Positions 1 through 9,702 are shown, counted from the first letter of the stretch. The stretch is 64,000 nt of DNA from Candidatus Zhuqueibacterota bacterium (GCA_049322915.1 JBMOPW010000003.1:1-64000), one strand, 5' to 3'. Notes: generated by a model from the sequence alone, not told the origin. Numbers and translations are program-made.

Positions 1-184
1 CTAATCGCGGCGCTGACCCACGAGCACGCTGGCTGGGAGTCCCGCTTGCGGGACGGACAGACAGCGCGCGCAGTCGGGTCAAGTGCCATGTTCCGCCGCG
101 CGTCAGCGCGGGGGAGCATGGCACTGACGAAGTCAGCGCCGCGATTCCGCGCGACGCAGTCGCGCGGAACAAGTGATTATATAG
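1..184 (-). repeat. attC-like / REP-like nested palindromic element
   Basis: Minus strand reads GCGGAAC-atggcacTtgacccGac...gtgggtcagcgccgc-GATTAG, an imperfect hairpin with the extra bases on the left arm. A short inverted copy of its ends is at 113-147, a hairpin gcgcgac-gca-gtcgcgc at 149-165, and GTTCCGC at 170-164. Confidence 0.5.
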
Positions 185-303
185 TTTCTGCATATCATCC
201 CGGATGCATTGAAAACGACATAGAACAAATTCTGAAACATCATTGCCTTTGGTGAAATCGTTCGGCGCTCATCTGAAGATGATGCAGACCGTAGCGTAAG
301 ATG

Positions 304-331
304 AATATAACAACACCTCGTAAAAAATCAA
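304..331 (-). promoter_or_regulatory. sigma70-like promoter firing leftwards
   Basis: Minus strand TTGATT-N16-TATATT. Confidence 0.4.
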
Positions 332-685
332 GTCTTTTTTTTCGAATTTAAAAAAATTTCCTGACTAAAATTACCTGGGGAACGCATCGAATCCTTAGCC
401 AGCATTTCACTGAAAGGGAAGTCGTTTCATGGAATGGTATGTGTCGGGGCTTACTCCCTCATCGCCATCGTCATGTCGCCCGTGAACACAAATTCAGGTG
501 ATCTGCATTTAATGCAGCTATCATCACAAAAAGAACGAACGATTATGACTCACTCATTCATTCTCCCGAAAATTCCGTTTTCCGATGAACCAGTACAGGT
601 GGGAAATTTATGGGAGACCATCATCGCACGCGATGACTGGCTGTCTGGTAAGAGTCTTCCGGGTAGCAGTCGCTGTGACTTCGGT

Positions 686-1507
686 TCACTTATTATTGAC
701 GCGAAATAGCTTTTGATTGAGATCCTTCAACAGTAGAGAATCCTTACGTACCGCTTGAAACAGCTTCCGATTTATAATGGACGAATCGCTGCTGAAGAGA
801 TAGGCGTTGGCCTCAATGAATGTCCGCATCAAATTTCGGTCGACGTTGCTGTGATATTCGTAAACCCTGTTTCTGATATTCGAGGGGCTCATTTCGATCA
901 TCACCCCAAAAAAGTTGAATTCATTCCGCGGTGAAACAATTTTTCTTCGAACCAATTTCTTCTCTGTGGCAATGTCTAACAGCTTGTTCAGGTCTTCCAT
1001 TGCCAGATGATGCGTCGTGTCAATGCAGGAATAAATCGTCGTGTCCATGACATCTTCTTTAGCCCATAGTATTTCCAGTATGTCCAGTTCGGCTCGGGAA
1101 GGAATGACATAATCGCGCAATGGCAGCGGCTGAAGGGGCATCATCGGCGTCGGGCTCAGCGGAGTGATAGGCATGAGTAGCGGAATGTTCTCCTGTGGAA
1201 GCGGATAATAATGCTCGCGGTCTGGCAAATTCGAGGCATCCCAGTCCAATGCCTCGTTAGGGTGAGTCGCGCGGTAGTGATTGCCGACGTCAATCTGGAT
1301 CGACTGCTTTGCGCCTTTCAGTCCCGGCAAAAGAGGGATCGGCGAATAATAGCGTGGCTTTACCTGTTTCAAAAGAGGCGACACTCGTGCGCTGTCAGGG
1401 CGGGTCGCGATGCTGTCCTTTTTCACAGCGACCGAATCGACCTGTTGACTCCAACCAATCTGCGCGACCGTGAGCGACGCCAATATGAACGTGACCCGTT
1501 TCGTCAT
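686..1507 (-). CDS. Secreted hypothetical protein with Pro-rich linker and C-terminal BlaI/MecI-like winged helix
   Basis: Likely start MTKRVTFILASLTVAQIGWSQ (signal-like). C-terminal AELDILEILW...LNKLLDIATEKKLVRRK resembles the BlaI wHTH. Confidence 0.6.
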   Translation of the reverse strand: MTKRVTFILASLTVAQIGWSQQVDSVAVKKDSIATRPDSARVSPLLKQVKPRYYSPIPLLPGLKGAKQSIQIDVGNHYRATHPNEALDWDASNLPDREHYYPLPQENIPLLMPITPLSPTPMMPLQPLPLRDYVIPSRAELDILEILWAKEDVMDTTIYSCIDTTHHLAMEDLNKLLDIATEKKLVRRKIVSPRNEFNFFGVMIEMSPSNIRNRVYEYHSNVDRNLMRTFIEANAYLFSSDSSIINRKLFQAVRKDSLLLKDLNQKLFRVNNK

Positions 1508-1749
1508 GGATAGTCCTGATTTTCTGAGTGAGTGACGTGGTTTGTCTGTTAGACGATGCAAAGCTTTTTTTAGTTTCGCTGAAAGCTGGCGAGGCTGAAT
1601 CTTTTTCAGTCGGGGGACATCTAATGTTGTAACCAAAATTGAATGCACAGCGAGCGCTTCGCTCGTGCACAACTTGATTGTTACAATAGTTTTGATGGAA
1701 TTCACAGTGAACATCGTGCAGCACAAGATAATCGTGAAAGGAAATAGTT

Positions 1750-2151
1750 ATGATGATGGAAGTTGTATTCCCGGGTGGGAAAAAAGTGGATGCAAAATAT
1801 AATGGATTCACCATACAGACGGATCAACCGAAAATGGGCGGCGGCGATGGTTCGGCCCCGGCGCCGTTCGATTTATTTTTAGCCTCGATTGGCACCTGCG
1901 CCGGAATCTATGTGCTGGGATTCTGCCAGCAGCGCGGCATTCCAACCGATGGAATTAAGATCGTTCAGTCCATGGAAGTCGATCCGTTTAAGAGACAAAT
2001 TGGAAAAATTAATCTTGAGATACAGGTGCCGGAGACGTTCCCGGCACAATACAAAGATGCAGTGATACGCTCTGCGGAATTGTGCGCTGTGAAGAAACAC
2101 ATGCAGGCTCCGCCTGATTTCAATATCTACACGAAGGTCGTTGCGAACTAA
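1750..2151 (+). CDS. OsmC/Ohr family protein
   Basis: TDQP..GG...PAPFDLFLASIGTC and AELCAVKKH; two conserved Cys. Confidence 0.9.
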   Translation: MMMEVVFPGGKKVDAKYNGFTIQTDQPKMGGGDGSAPAPFDLFLASIGTCAGIYVLGFCQQRGIPTDGIKIVQSMEVDPFKRQIGKINLEIQVPETFPAQYKDAVIRSAELCAVKKHMQAPPDFNIYTKVVAN

Positions 2152-2316
2152 GAAGGAAGTGGCCTCGCGCTGATGAGCTGGGTAAACCTAGTACAGGCGA
2201 AGAGTTGACCCGCCGGGTTGCAAAATCACCGCGGGGAAATTCGCCTGTGCGGTTCGGTCGAGGTGAGCAAAATCATACGTCGGGTTTAGCGGAGAAAAAA
2301 TGAAAAGGAGCCTCGT

Positions 2317-3057
2317 TTGAAAGTTAAAGCGATTCTGTTCGATCTGGATAATACGCTGCTGATGTTCAAGGAACTCACTTTTTTCGAAGCCTATTCAAAA
2401 AAACTTTACCTTGCCTTTCGGGACATCTTCTCCCCGGACGAATTCATCAAGCGACTTATGTTCTCCACACAGAAGATGATTGAGAATGATGGCGCGAAAA
2501 CCAATGCTGAATTCTTCATCGATCATTTCTCCAATGGCGTCAGGTTCAATCGGGAAGACCTCTGGAAACGGTTCGAGGCGTTCTATGCGGATGAATTTGA
2601 CCAGTTCTCTCCGCTGATGTCGCCTCATCCGCAGGCGCGGGAAATCATGGTCGATCTGAAAGCCAGGGGATTGAAACTTGTCATTGCGACCAATCCCATG
2701 TTTCCCATGAACGTCCAGTTGAAGCGCCTGAAATGGGCGCAGCTCGGCGATATTCAATTCGACCTCATCACAAGCGCGGATAATTTCAATTACTGCAAGC
2801 CAGGTCTGGACTATTACCGGGAAATTTGTTCGAAAATCGGAATTGCACCGGAACAATGTCTGATGGTGGGAAACGATGCTTTGAATGATATGGTCGCCGG
2901 TCAGATCGGGATGAAAACCTATCTGACCACGGACGCGGATGAAATGTCCATTGAATTGAGCCGGGACCTGGCCAAAGGCTCGAAGGTCGCCCTGCCCACG
3001 CCGCATTTCACCGGCGCGCTCCGGGACCTGAGCAGGGTGGTCGCGGGACTCGTGTGA
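2317..3057 (+). CDS. HAD-superfamily hydrolase
   Basis: FDLDNTL, IATNP, KP and MVGND..ND motifs; AGGAG RBS before TTG start. Confidence 0.9.
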   Translation: MKVKAILFDLDNTLLMFKELTFFEAYSKKLYLAFRDIFSPDEFIKRLMFSTQKMIENDGAKTNAEFFIDHFSNGVRFNREDLWKRFEAFYADEFDQFSPLMSPHPQAREIMVDLKARGLKLVIATNPMFPMNVQLKRLKWAQLGDIQFDLITSADNFNYCKPGLDYYREICSKIGIAPEQCLMVGNDALNDMVAGQIGMKTYLTTDADEMSIELSRDLAKGSKVALPTPHFTGALRDLSRVVAGLV

Positions 3058-3149
3058 GCCAAACTCATTGCGCGCATTCAGTTGCGTCACAGAGACCTGA
3101 TTCATTCCTGAGTCATCCGGCCGCTCTCCGTCACAATCACCCCTGACCG

Positions 3150-4259
3150 TCAAATTTCTTTTTCATAGATCCGATATTTTTTCACCAGATCGAATCGCAG
3201 TTGTTTCAGCGCGTTATTCATGAGCGCGTTGTCCTCCAATACCCAGTTCGCCTCCACATACGCCTTTTTCGGAGAGAGAATATCGTTCAACCGGCGGAAC
3301 ATCAAAACCGAAATGCCCTTCTTTTGATACGGTTCCAATAGGCCCAGCGCCCAGATGCGATAGCGTCGGAGCTTCTTGAGCCCTCGCATCAATTTGAAAA
3401 TTCCAAACGGAAAGAGCCGGCCATTCATGTTTTTCAAAATCGCATTGACATCCGGCACCGCCAGCAGATAGCCGATTGGCTCGCCGTCGATTTCCGCAAT
3501 GAGCACCACTTCCGGATGGATCACCTGCTTCAAATCAGCGGCAATCTGTTCAGCTTCAGATTCCTCCACCGGGTAATATCCCCAATTTCCGCCGATGGCC
3601 GCGTTGGTCAATCGAAGGATGATCCGCGCATCGTTTACCAGATTGTTCATGTCAATGGCCCGCACCGTGACCCGGTAGCGTTCGGCGATTTTATCGGTGT
3701 AGCTCAGAAATCGCTCCGGCATCTCATAACCTTTAGATATGTCACACGCATAGACGAATAGATCTTTGGCTTTTTTCATCCCGAAATGCGTCATCTGGTC
3801 GTTGTAATACGGCGGGTTGTGGGATGAGAGCACAATGGGCGGGACATCGAATCCTTCCAGAACCAGGCCGATATCCTGGGAGACAAAATTCCACTGGCCG
3901 CGCATGATCGTCATCCCTCGTTCTTTCAGCCATGTTTCGGCAGCGCCCAGCAGCAGTGAGGACGCCTCCGGATGATCGATGCATTCATAATGTCCGAATA
4001 ATCCGATGGACTGCTTCCAGTAATCGTTGGCGATGTGATTTATTGACACGGCAATGCGACCGATAATTTCGTGATTTTGATAAAGCAAAAAAAGCTGATA
4101 ATCGCAGTGCTGCAGGGCAGAATTTTTCGCGGGATTAAAAATGTTCTTTTGATCGAGGCGCAGCGGGGCAATCCAGTTTTGCGTGCGGCGGTGAAGATGG
4201 TACGGAAAGCTGATGAATTGTGTGAGCTCAGATTTTTGAGCGACCGGTTTGATGTACAT
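3150..4259 (-). CDS. YghO / bacterial ceramide synthase (bCerS)-like GNAT N-acyltransferase
   Basis: Start MYIKPV; motifs WIAPL...N, GRI, FGHYE, GLVLEGFD.PP, HNPPYY, NWGY.P, PDVN...NGRLFPFG, WVLEDN. Confidence 0.75.
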   Translation of the reverse strand: MYIKPVAQKSELTQFISFPYHLHRRTQNWIAPLRLDQKNIFNPAKNSALQHCDYQLFLLYQNHEIIGRIAVSINHIANDYWKQSIGLFGHYECIDHPEASSLLLGAAETWLKERGMTIMRGQWNFVSQDIGLVLEGFDVPPIVLSSHNPPYYNDQMTHFGMKKAKDLFVYACDISKGYEMPERFLSYTDKIAERYRVTVRAIDMNNLVNDARIILRLTNAAIGGNWGYYPVEESEAEQIAADLKQVIHPEVVLIAEIDGEPIGYLLAVPDVNAILKNMNGRLFPFGIFKLMRGLKKLRRYRIWALGLLEPYQKKGISVLMFRRLNDILSPKKAYVEANWVLEDNALMNNALKQLRFDLVKKYRIYEKEI

Positions 4260-5253
4260 GACTTTTCTCCTTGAGGTACTGCCTGTACCAGAGGACCGTT
4301 CGTTGGATGGCTTCGTCAATGGAAATGACAGGCGAATAGCCCAACATGGTTTTGATTTTAGCAATGGAAAAATGATAATCCAACCCGAAATTACGGATGC
4401 GGTATCGCGTGACTGGCGGCGCAGTGGGGATTTTGAATATTTTGTAAACCAGTTCAAAAACTGAAGCCAGTCTCTGTGCGAAGGAATTGCTCACGGACCG
4501 GCCGGGCGGCTTAATATCGAGATGGCAGCAAATTTTTTCGATGAACTGACGCCAGTTTATTTCCAGTCCATCGGAGACAATGAAGGTCTCCCGGTTGGCA
4601 TGGGGATGCGTGCCGGCGAGCCATAATGCTTCTGCGAGGTTTTCGACGTAGCTGGGACAGGTGAGTGCAACGCCCTGGCGGATGTAGGGCAGGAATCCGG
4701 TCTCCAGCGCCTGACTGAATTGGAAAAAGAATCTGAGGTCATGGGGGCCAAATACATTGGCCGGCTGGATAATGGTCAGCGGCAGGGAGTTTTGACGACA
4801 AAACTCGTTGAGCCAGGACTCGGCCAGTTTCTTCGACTCGGCGTAATGGTTGCCATCGCAATTATAGCGCTTGGCCTCGGTGGCATCCCGAAATCCGCTG
4901 AGCCCATACACCGCAGTCGAACTGATATAAACGAGCCGTTTGACGCGATTGCTCAGAGCCGCGCGCGCCACATTTTTTGAACCCTCCACATTGATGGCAA
5001 GGAATTGGGAGGCATGCCCCCAGTCGGACACGAGCGCTGCAATATGGTAAACAATGTCCTGATTTTGAAGGCTGGCCTCGAGGAATTCCTGATCCAGAAT
5101 ATCGCCGCACAACAGGCGCAGGTTCAGGTGCTTCAGTTGACCGGAGCTCTCCATGCGGCGAATGGAGCCGCTGACAGCCTGCCCCTTTTCCGTGAGTATC
5201 CGGGCGAGATTGCTGCCGATGAATCCGTTGATTCCAGTAATGAAAATGTTCAC
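4228..5253 (-). CDS. NAD-dependent epimerase/dehydratase (3-beta-HSD-like extended SDR)
   Basis: TGINGFIG, YHIAA, YAESK catalytic motif, VFGPHD. Confidence 0.9.
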   Translation of the reverse strand: MNIFITGINGFIGSNLARILTEKGQAVSGSIRRMESSGQLKHLNLRLLCGDILDQEFLEASLQNQDIVYHIAALVSDWGHASQFLAINVEGSKNVARAALSNRVKRLVYISSTAVYGLSGFRDATEAKRYNCDGNHYAESKKLAESWLNEFCRQNSLPLTIIQPANVFGPHDLRFFFQFSQALETGFLPYIRQGVALTCPSYVENLAEALWLAGTHPHANRETFIVSDGLEINWRQFIEKICCHLDIKPPGRSVSNSFAQRLASVFELVYKIFKIPTAPPVTRYRIRNFGLDYHFSIAKIKTMLGYSPVISIDEAIQRTVLWYRQYLKEKSHVHQTGRSKI

Positions 5254-5359
5254 GTTTTAGTCATTCATTTTGGAATATTTCGAACTTGTTACATAATAAA
5301 AATATAAATCGAGAGAGTCAAGCATAAAATTGCAGGCACGTCATAGATAATTGGTGGTT

Positions 5360-5398
5360 AAAAAGAATCGGCCAGAATTCCCCGGAGTTCTGGCCGAT
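5360..5398 (-). terminator. Intrinsic terminator after the secreted-protein cluster
   Basis: ATCGGCCAGAAtTCC/GGAgTTCTGGCCGAT stem followed by TCTTTTT on the minus strand. Confidence 0.65.
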
Positions 5399-5466
5399 CC
5401 CTTACGTCATCGTAACTTAATAAAAACAATTTTTCCAATGACAGGCAATAAATATTTCCGTGCAGA

Positions 5467-7359
5467 CTACTTCATTAAAATCATTTTTCGGGTTTGTGAA
5501 AATGTATTCTGGTTGGCCTCATCCGGCTCGATGGTAATTCGATAAAAATAAACGCCGGAAGCGACCTTTTGTCCCGATGAATTGCAGCCATTCCAGACTA
5601 GTGAGTACCGGCCGGTCGTTTGCTTTGTCCGGGCCAAGGCTGTTACTTCTTTTCCCTGCAAATCGAAGATTGTCAATTCCACGTTTGCCGGAAGCGGAAG
5701 CTCATATCGGATCGTCGTTTCCGGATTAAAGGGATTGGGATAGTTTTGCGACAGGGAAAACGACGTGGGCGCAACTGAGTTGAATGTCGTTTCCTGATTG
5801 GCCATAAAAACCTGGATGCGCCCGTCGTTCAGGTTCAATGCCTCAATTTTTAGAGTTGACTGGTTATTATTTTTTGGATCAACTACATCAAACGTCAACC
5901 GAATCAATTCATCCGATATTTTTGACGGGCGCGAACCGGCAATGGCAATCGTCAAGACGCCGTCTGCGGTCTGGTATTCCGATAAAAGATCTTCAGAGTT
6001 TACCGGGAGGTTCAGTCCGCGGAACTCCAATATCTCGTCATCGAAAACTATTTTTATTTCTGCTGAAAGAATTTCGTTGGCTTCGGAGAAACAGATCGGG
6101 ATCGTGATTTGCTTCTGTTCGAAGCGCGATATTTCTCCCCATTGAACGGTTGCCGTGCCGATGGTTTCGCGCGGTAGCGAAGCCAGGAGTTGACCCGGCG
6201 GCGACCAGTTGCCGGAAACATCGCCGAGGATAAGCCCCACAAAATTCTGATTCACCTGATCCGAATTCAAAGGCGAATAGAGCAAATGATCCGGCGCAGT
6301 GCTCCAATTGTTCAAATCCATGTGAATAGTTGCCGGGACGAATTTCCAGTCCTCGCCGGTGGGAAAATCCGATACAAGCCCGACCACATATCGCAAAATA
6401 TAGGACGCATCGTAGGCAGTAACCCCGCCATTCGACGTCACGTCAGCCGCGATCATTTGATAGGGCGTCAACGAAATCAGGCTGGCCGCATATTGCAGAA
6501 TCAACGCGGCATCATAAGCGCCAATGCCGTTTCCGAGATCACCGCTTTTTTCCGGAGTCAACTGGTAATTTCCTGCCGGAATATCACTGAAAGAAAACAG
6601 CCCATCCACATTGCTCTGGGTCTGGAATTCGTTCAGATTTAACGTTGCATTCGCTACCGGCTGGCTGTTCGAATAATACGCGATCCCTCCGGAAACGCTG
6701 TAACCACCCGACACTGTGTATGAACCATCCTGGGGCAGCGCGGCCGGTTCGCCTTCATTGAAAAGCACTTCTGCGAAATGGATGGGTAACACCGAATTAT
6801 CAGGAGCCGCAGCGGCGACCTGGTATTGCAGGTTCACTAAAATTCCGCTCCCGGAAAGCGGAATGGTTCCTGCCGCAACGATTTTCAATTTCGTGCCTTC
6901 AATATTTGTCAGAATTGTTGACCACTGGCCGAGCAGTGCACCGGTGTATGAAATACTGAGAGGCAATAAAGACGATTCAGTTTCCACGGTGATTGACAGC
7001 GCCGTGATATTTTTATTGGTCACATCTTCGACATAAAGTGGCACAGCAATCGTAACGCCGGCAGACCCGGAAAGATGCGGCGCGCTTATTATAATTCCGG
7101 AAGCAACATCACCGATGTAACCGCTGGAAACACGGTACGTCGGACTCGATGCGGATCCCACCGGCGACGATTGCCCGATGGCATCCTCCACCGAATAGGT
7201 TGTGGATTGCGCCTGTCCGCCGGCCATGCTAATTGCCGAACGGTGAAGTTTATATTTCTCATCGGAAATTGCTGCCTCTGGAAACATCGCCGCGACCATC
7301 AGAAGGGCGACTATTCCAACAAGCAGTCCGATCCTGAATTTGTATTTGTAAAATTTCAT
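5467..7359 (-). CDS. Secreted protein: Ser/Gly-rich N-module, cohesin, Ig-like domain, dockerin, cohesin, T9SS CTD
   Basis: AGGAGA RBS before ATG 7359; signal peptide; AYDAALILQY...ADVTSNGGVTAYDASYIL dockerin; GDVSGNW; QNYPNPFNP CTD. Confidence 0.8.
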   Translation of the reverse strand: MKFYKYKFRIGLLVGIVALLMVAAMFPEAAISDEKYKLHRSAISMAGGQAQSTTYSVEDAIGQSSPVGSASSPTYRVSSGYIGDVASGIIISAPHLSGSAGVTIAVPLYVEDVTNKNITALSITVETESSLLPLSISYTGALLGQWSTILTNIEGTKLKIVAAGTIPLSGSGILVNLQYQVAAAAPDNSVLPIHFAEVLFNEGEPAALPQDGSYTVSGGYSVSGGIAYYSNSQPVANATLNLNEFQTQSNVDGLFSFSDIPAGNYQLTPEKSGDLGNGIGAYDAALILQYAASLISLTPYQMIAADVTSNGGVTAYDASYILRYVVGLVSDFPTGEDWKFVPATIHMDLNNWSTAPDHLLYSPLNSDQVNQNFVGLILGDVSGNWSPPGQLLASLPRETIGTATVQWGEISRFEQKQITIPICFSEANEILSAEIKIVFDDEILEFRGLNLPVNSEDLLSEYQTADGVLTIAIAGSRPSKISDELIRLTFDVVDPKNNNQSTLKIEALNLNDGRIQVFMANQETTFNSVAPTSFSLSQNYPNPFNPETTIRYELPLPANVELTIFDLQGKEVTALARTKQTTGRYSLVWNGCNSSGQKVASGVYFYRITIEPDEANQNTFSQTRKMILMK

Positions 7360-7455
7360 GGATATCTCCTGTTCGTTCAAATGCGAATAGTATAAAAAAA
7401 TGGTTTCCAGTTATTGGCTTAGTATACTATTTCATAAATTTTTGGAGGTTTCATC

Positions 7456-7529
7456 TGTCATGCCGGTCCCGCATTTGCGGGATTATCGGGCATCCACTGA
7501 ATTCCCTCCAAAAACACGCTGGAATGACG
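7456..7529. repeat. REP-like palindrome of the GTCAT...GGAATGAC type
   Basis: gtcatgccgg-tcccgc-attt-gcggga-...-ggaatgac. Confidence 0.55.
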
Positions 7530-7587
7530 ATCAATGAAAACTCATTCTCAACATTGAAACCCTATATAGATTTGTAAAACGCTGTAC

Positions 7588-9702
7588 TTAGTTCTGCTTT
7601 TTTAAATTGACTTTGGTCTGGGAGTCGATGCCCAACGATTCAGCAACGCCAAGTTCGACCGGGTGTAAATATTTCCCGCGTTCTTCGCCCTGCTTCTCCA
7701 CTTCGACCCGGGTGCGATGGACTTCGGCATACGCGTCTTTCCTGACGCCGGTGACCTGCCAGGATACTTTCATTCCGGCAGAACCGCCGGCAATGCTGAA
7801 TTGGTTGTTGCTTATTTCTTCCGCCACATACAGATTGGGACCCGGCGCGCCAATGGCTGTGAGCTGATAGCGGAAGTCTTTATTCAATGCATCGAACCAT
7901 TCCGGCAACTCGACTCGGGCCTGGCCGCTGGCATCCAGAATTACATTGCCGTTGTAAATATTCATCATGTCCGGTGAAATGACGTTGGAGTGCTGCAGGT
8001 ACTTATTCCCCGGATCGAGCGGATGATCCATTTTTACGGAAGAGCTGGCCGGGGTGAGATTGCCGGTGACGTGCACATCCCCGGAAAAGTAGCCGGCGTA
8101 AATATTGCCTTTGCCGTAAACCCCACTATTGTATGAGCCAAGAACGCCCCAGTGTGTTCCTTCGTCATCATAATTTCCCTGTACGCCCCTGCTGTGGCCT
8201 GCAATGAATCCGGAGGGTCCGTCACTGTTTTTTCCGTACACTCCCTGATCCTCATCGGCGATCTGTCCATAATTGCCGCCGTAATGAGAACCGTAAACGC
8301 CAACCGCATGTGAGCCTAAATAGCCGGTATTGTCATTCGCGTTTTTGCCCAGCACGCTAACCAATGCAGCCCCAAGATAGCCATAGTTGCCATTGGTGAA
8401 GCGGCCAAACACACCGTGCTGCTCTGTGGCAACTTCACCATAGTTGCCATTGCCATGCTCGCCATGAATGGCTGTATTTTCACTATTGACATACAATTGA
8501 GTCGAAGGCGCGAGCGTACCGATTCCCACTTTGCCATCATCTTTTACAACGAACTTTTGTAATTGGTTGGCCGCATTGTAATGAACGGCAAAATCCCCGC
8601 CATAACTTTGGAGATAAAGATTTGCCGGGTTGCCGTTGTTCCGAACCATGATTTCATTGTTATCCAAAACCATATTGATTTGGGACGCATCGCCGGAAAT
8701 CAGATTTCCACCCTCGGTAAGCGTAACATCGACACCGCCGTTAAGGTGTAATCGTGTTAAAGGATCAGATATGCCGACTCCAATATTTCCGTTGTCTTTG
8801 ATAATGATTTTTTGCGCTTCATTCGCTGCGTCTTTATGGATGGAAATATCACCGCCATATCCCTGCAGATATAGATGGTCGGGAGCGCCATTTCTGCGCA
8901 CCATAATTTCGTTGTTGTCAAAAGCCATATTCAGATGATCGGTCGCCCCGGCGATTAAAAAGCCGCCATCATTGAGCGTAACATCTGAGCCGCCGGATAG
9001 ATGGAGCTTTGAAACGGGATGAGGTGCGATTCCGATCCCGACATTGCCACTGATTGCCAAACCGTCTGTGCCATCGATTGTCACAGCTCCGGCATCCGCT
9101 GTTATTGTTCTGCCGGCGCCGGCGCCGCCCTGGTCATAGGCCTGGTCCAGGGTATTTCCGCCCGAGCCTCCGCCTGTCGCGGAAATAGTGATTTTGTGGT
9201 TTGTATTGTCCGGGGTGAGTGTAACATTGGCCCCGGCCTCCAGATCGAGAATACCGCCCAATCCCGGGATGACGCCATTCATTTGCTGAACAAACCCGGA
9301 TGCAGATTTACCGCCGAGAGTATCCGCGTTACTCGCATGAAATGAACGAAAACTATAACCAACGCTGACCAGCTTTTTTCGCGGCGTCATTTCCGGATCG
9401 GTTCCAACCTGCATTGTGATGTATCGGTTCTCTTCATCAAAAGCTGTCAACGGAATTTCCTGAACCGAACCCAGGAGCGCCGTAAAAAAACCGTCGTTGA
9501 TGGAAACGGTCTGAGTTTCCGACCATAGCTCATCGCTGCCGGTCTCCGAACCATAAATAATGAATTTGATTTCGAAGTTTCCGTTTAGTGGCCCGACATC
9601 GTCGGAAATTTTTCCCTGGTAATTGATGAGTTGAGGGATTTGAGCGTTTGTGTTCACTACGAAGAGCAACAGCACTGCACAGATGAGGATTAGTTTTTTC
9701 AT
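7588..9702 (-). CDS. Secreted fibre/adhesin-like protein with QIPQLINYQG N-domain, GNVGIG repeats and conserved DHPLDP C-terminal domain
   Basis: Signal peptide; tandem ~87-aa repeats (LHL.GG.DVTL..GG...DNNEIMVR.NG.P..LYLQ.YGGD); GVYG repeats; C-terminal DHPLDP.NKYL.HS...SPDMMNIYNG. Confidence 0.7.
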   Translation of the reverse strand: MKKLILICAVLLLFVVNTNAQIPQLINYQGKISDDVGPLNGNFEIKFIIYGSETGSDELWSETQTVSINDGFFTALLGSVQEIPLTAFDEENRYITMQVGTDPEMTPRKKLVSVGYSFRSFHASNADTLGGKSASGFVQQMNGVIPGLGGILDLEAGANVTLTPDNTNHKITISATGGGSGGNTLDQAYDQGGAGAGRTITADAGAVTIDGTDGLAISGNVGIGIAPHPVSKLHLSGGSDVTLNDGGFLIAGATDHLNMAFDNNEIMVRRNGAPDHLYLQGYGGDISIHKDAANEAQKIIIKDNGNIGVGISDPLTRLHLNGGVDVTLTEGGNLISGDASQINMVLDNNEIMVRNNGNPANLYLQSYGGDFAVHYNAANQLQKFVVKDDGKVGIGTLAPSTQLYVNSENTAIHGEHGNGNYGEVATEQHGVFGRFTNGNYGYLGAALVSVLGKNANDNTGYLGSHAVGVYGSHYGGNYGQIADEDQGVYGKNSDGPSGFIAGHSRGVQGNYDDEGTHWGVLGSYNSGVYGKGNIYAGYFSGDVHVTGNLTPASSSVKMDHPLDPGNKYLQHSNVISPDMMNIYNGNVILDASGQARVELPEWFDALNKDFRYQLTAIGAPGPNLYVAEEISNNQFSIAGGSAGMKVSWQVTGVRKDAYAEVHRTRVEVEKQGEERGKYLHPVELGVAESLGIDSQTKVNLKKQN

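Noticed and set aside
434..709. 91-aa ORF as a possible integrase remnant
   Set aside because: No tyrosine recombinase motifs.
2170..2200. Hammerhead ribozyme core CTGATGA
   Set aside because: No GAAA after stem II and no convincing stems I and III.
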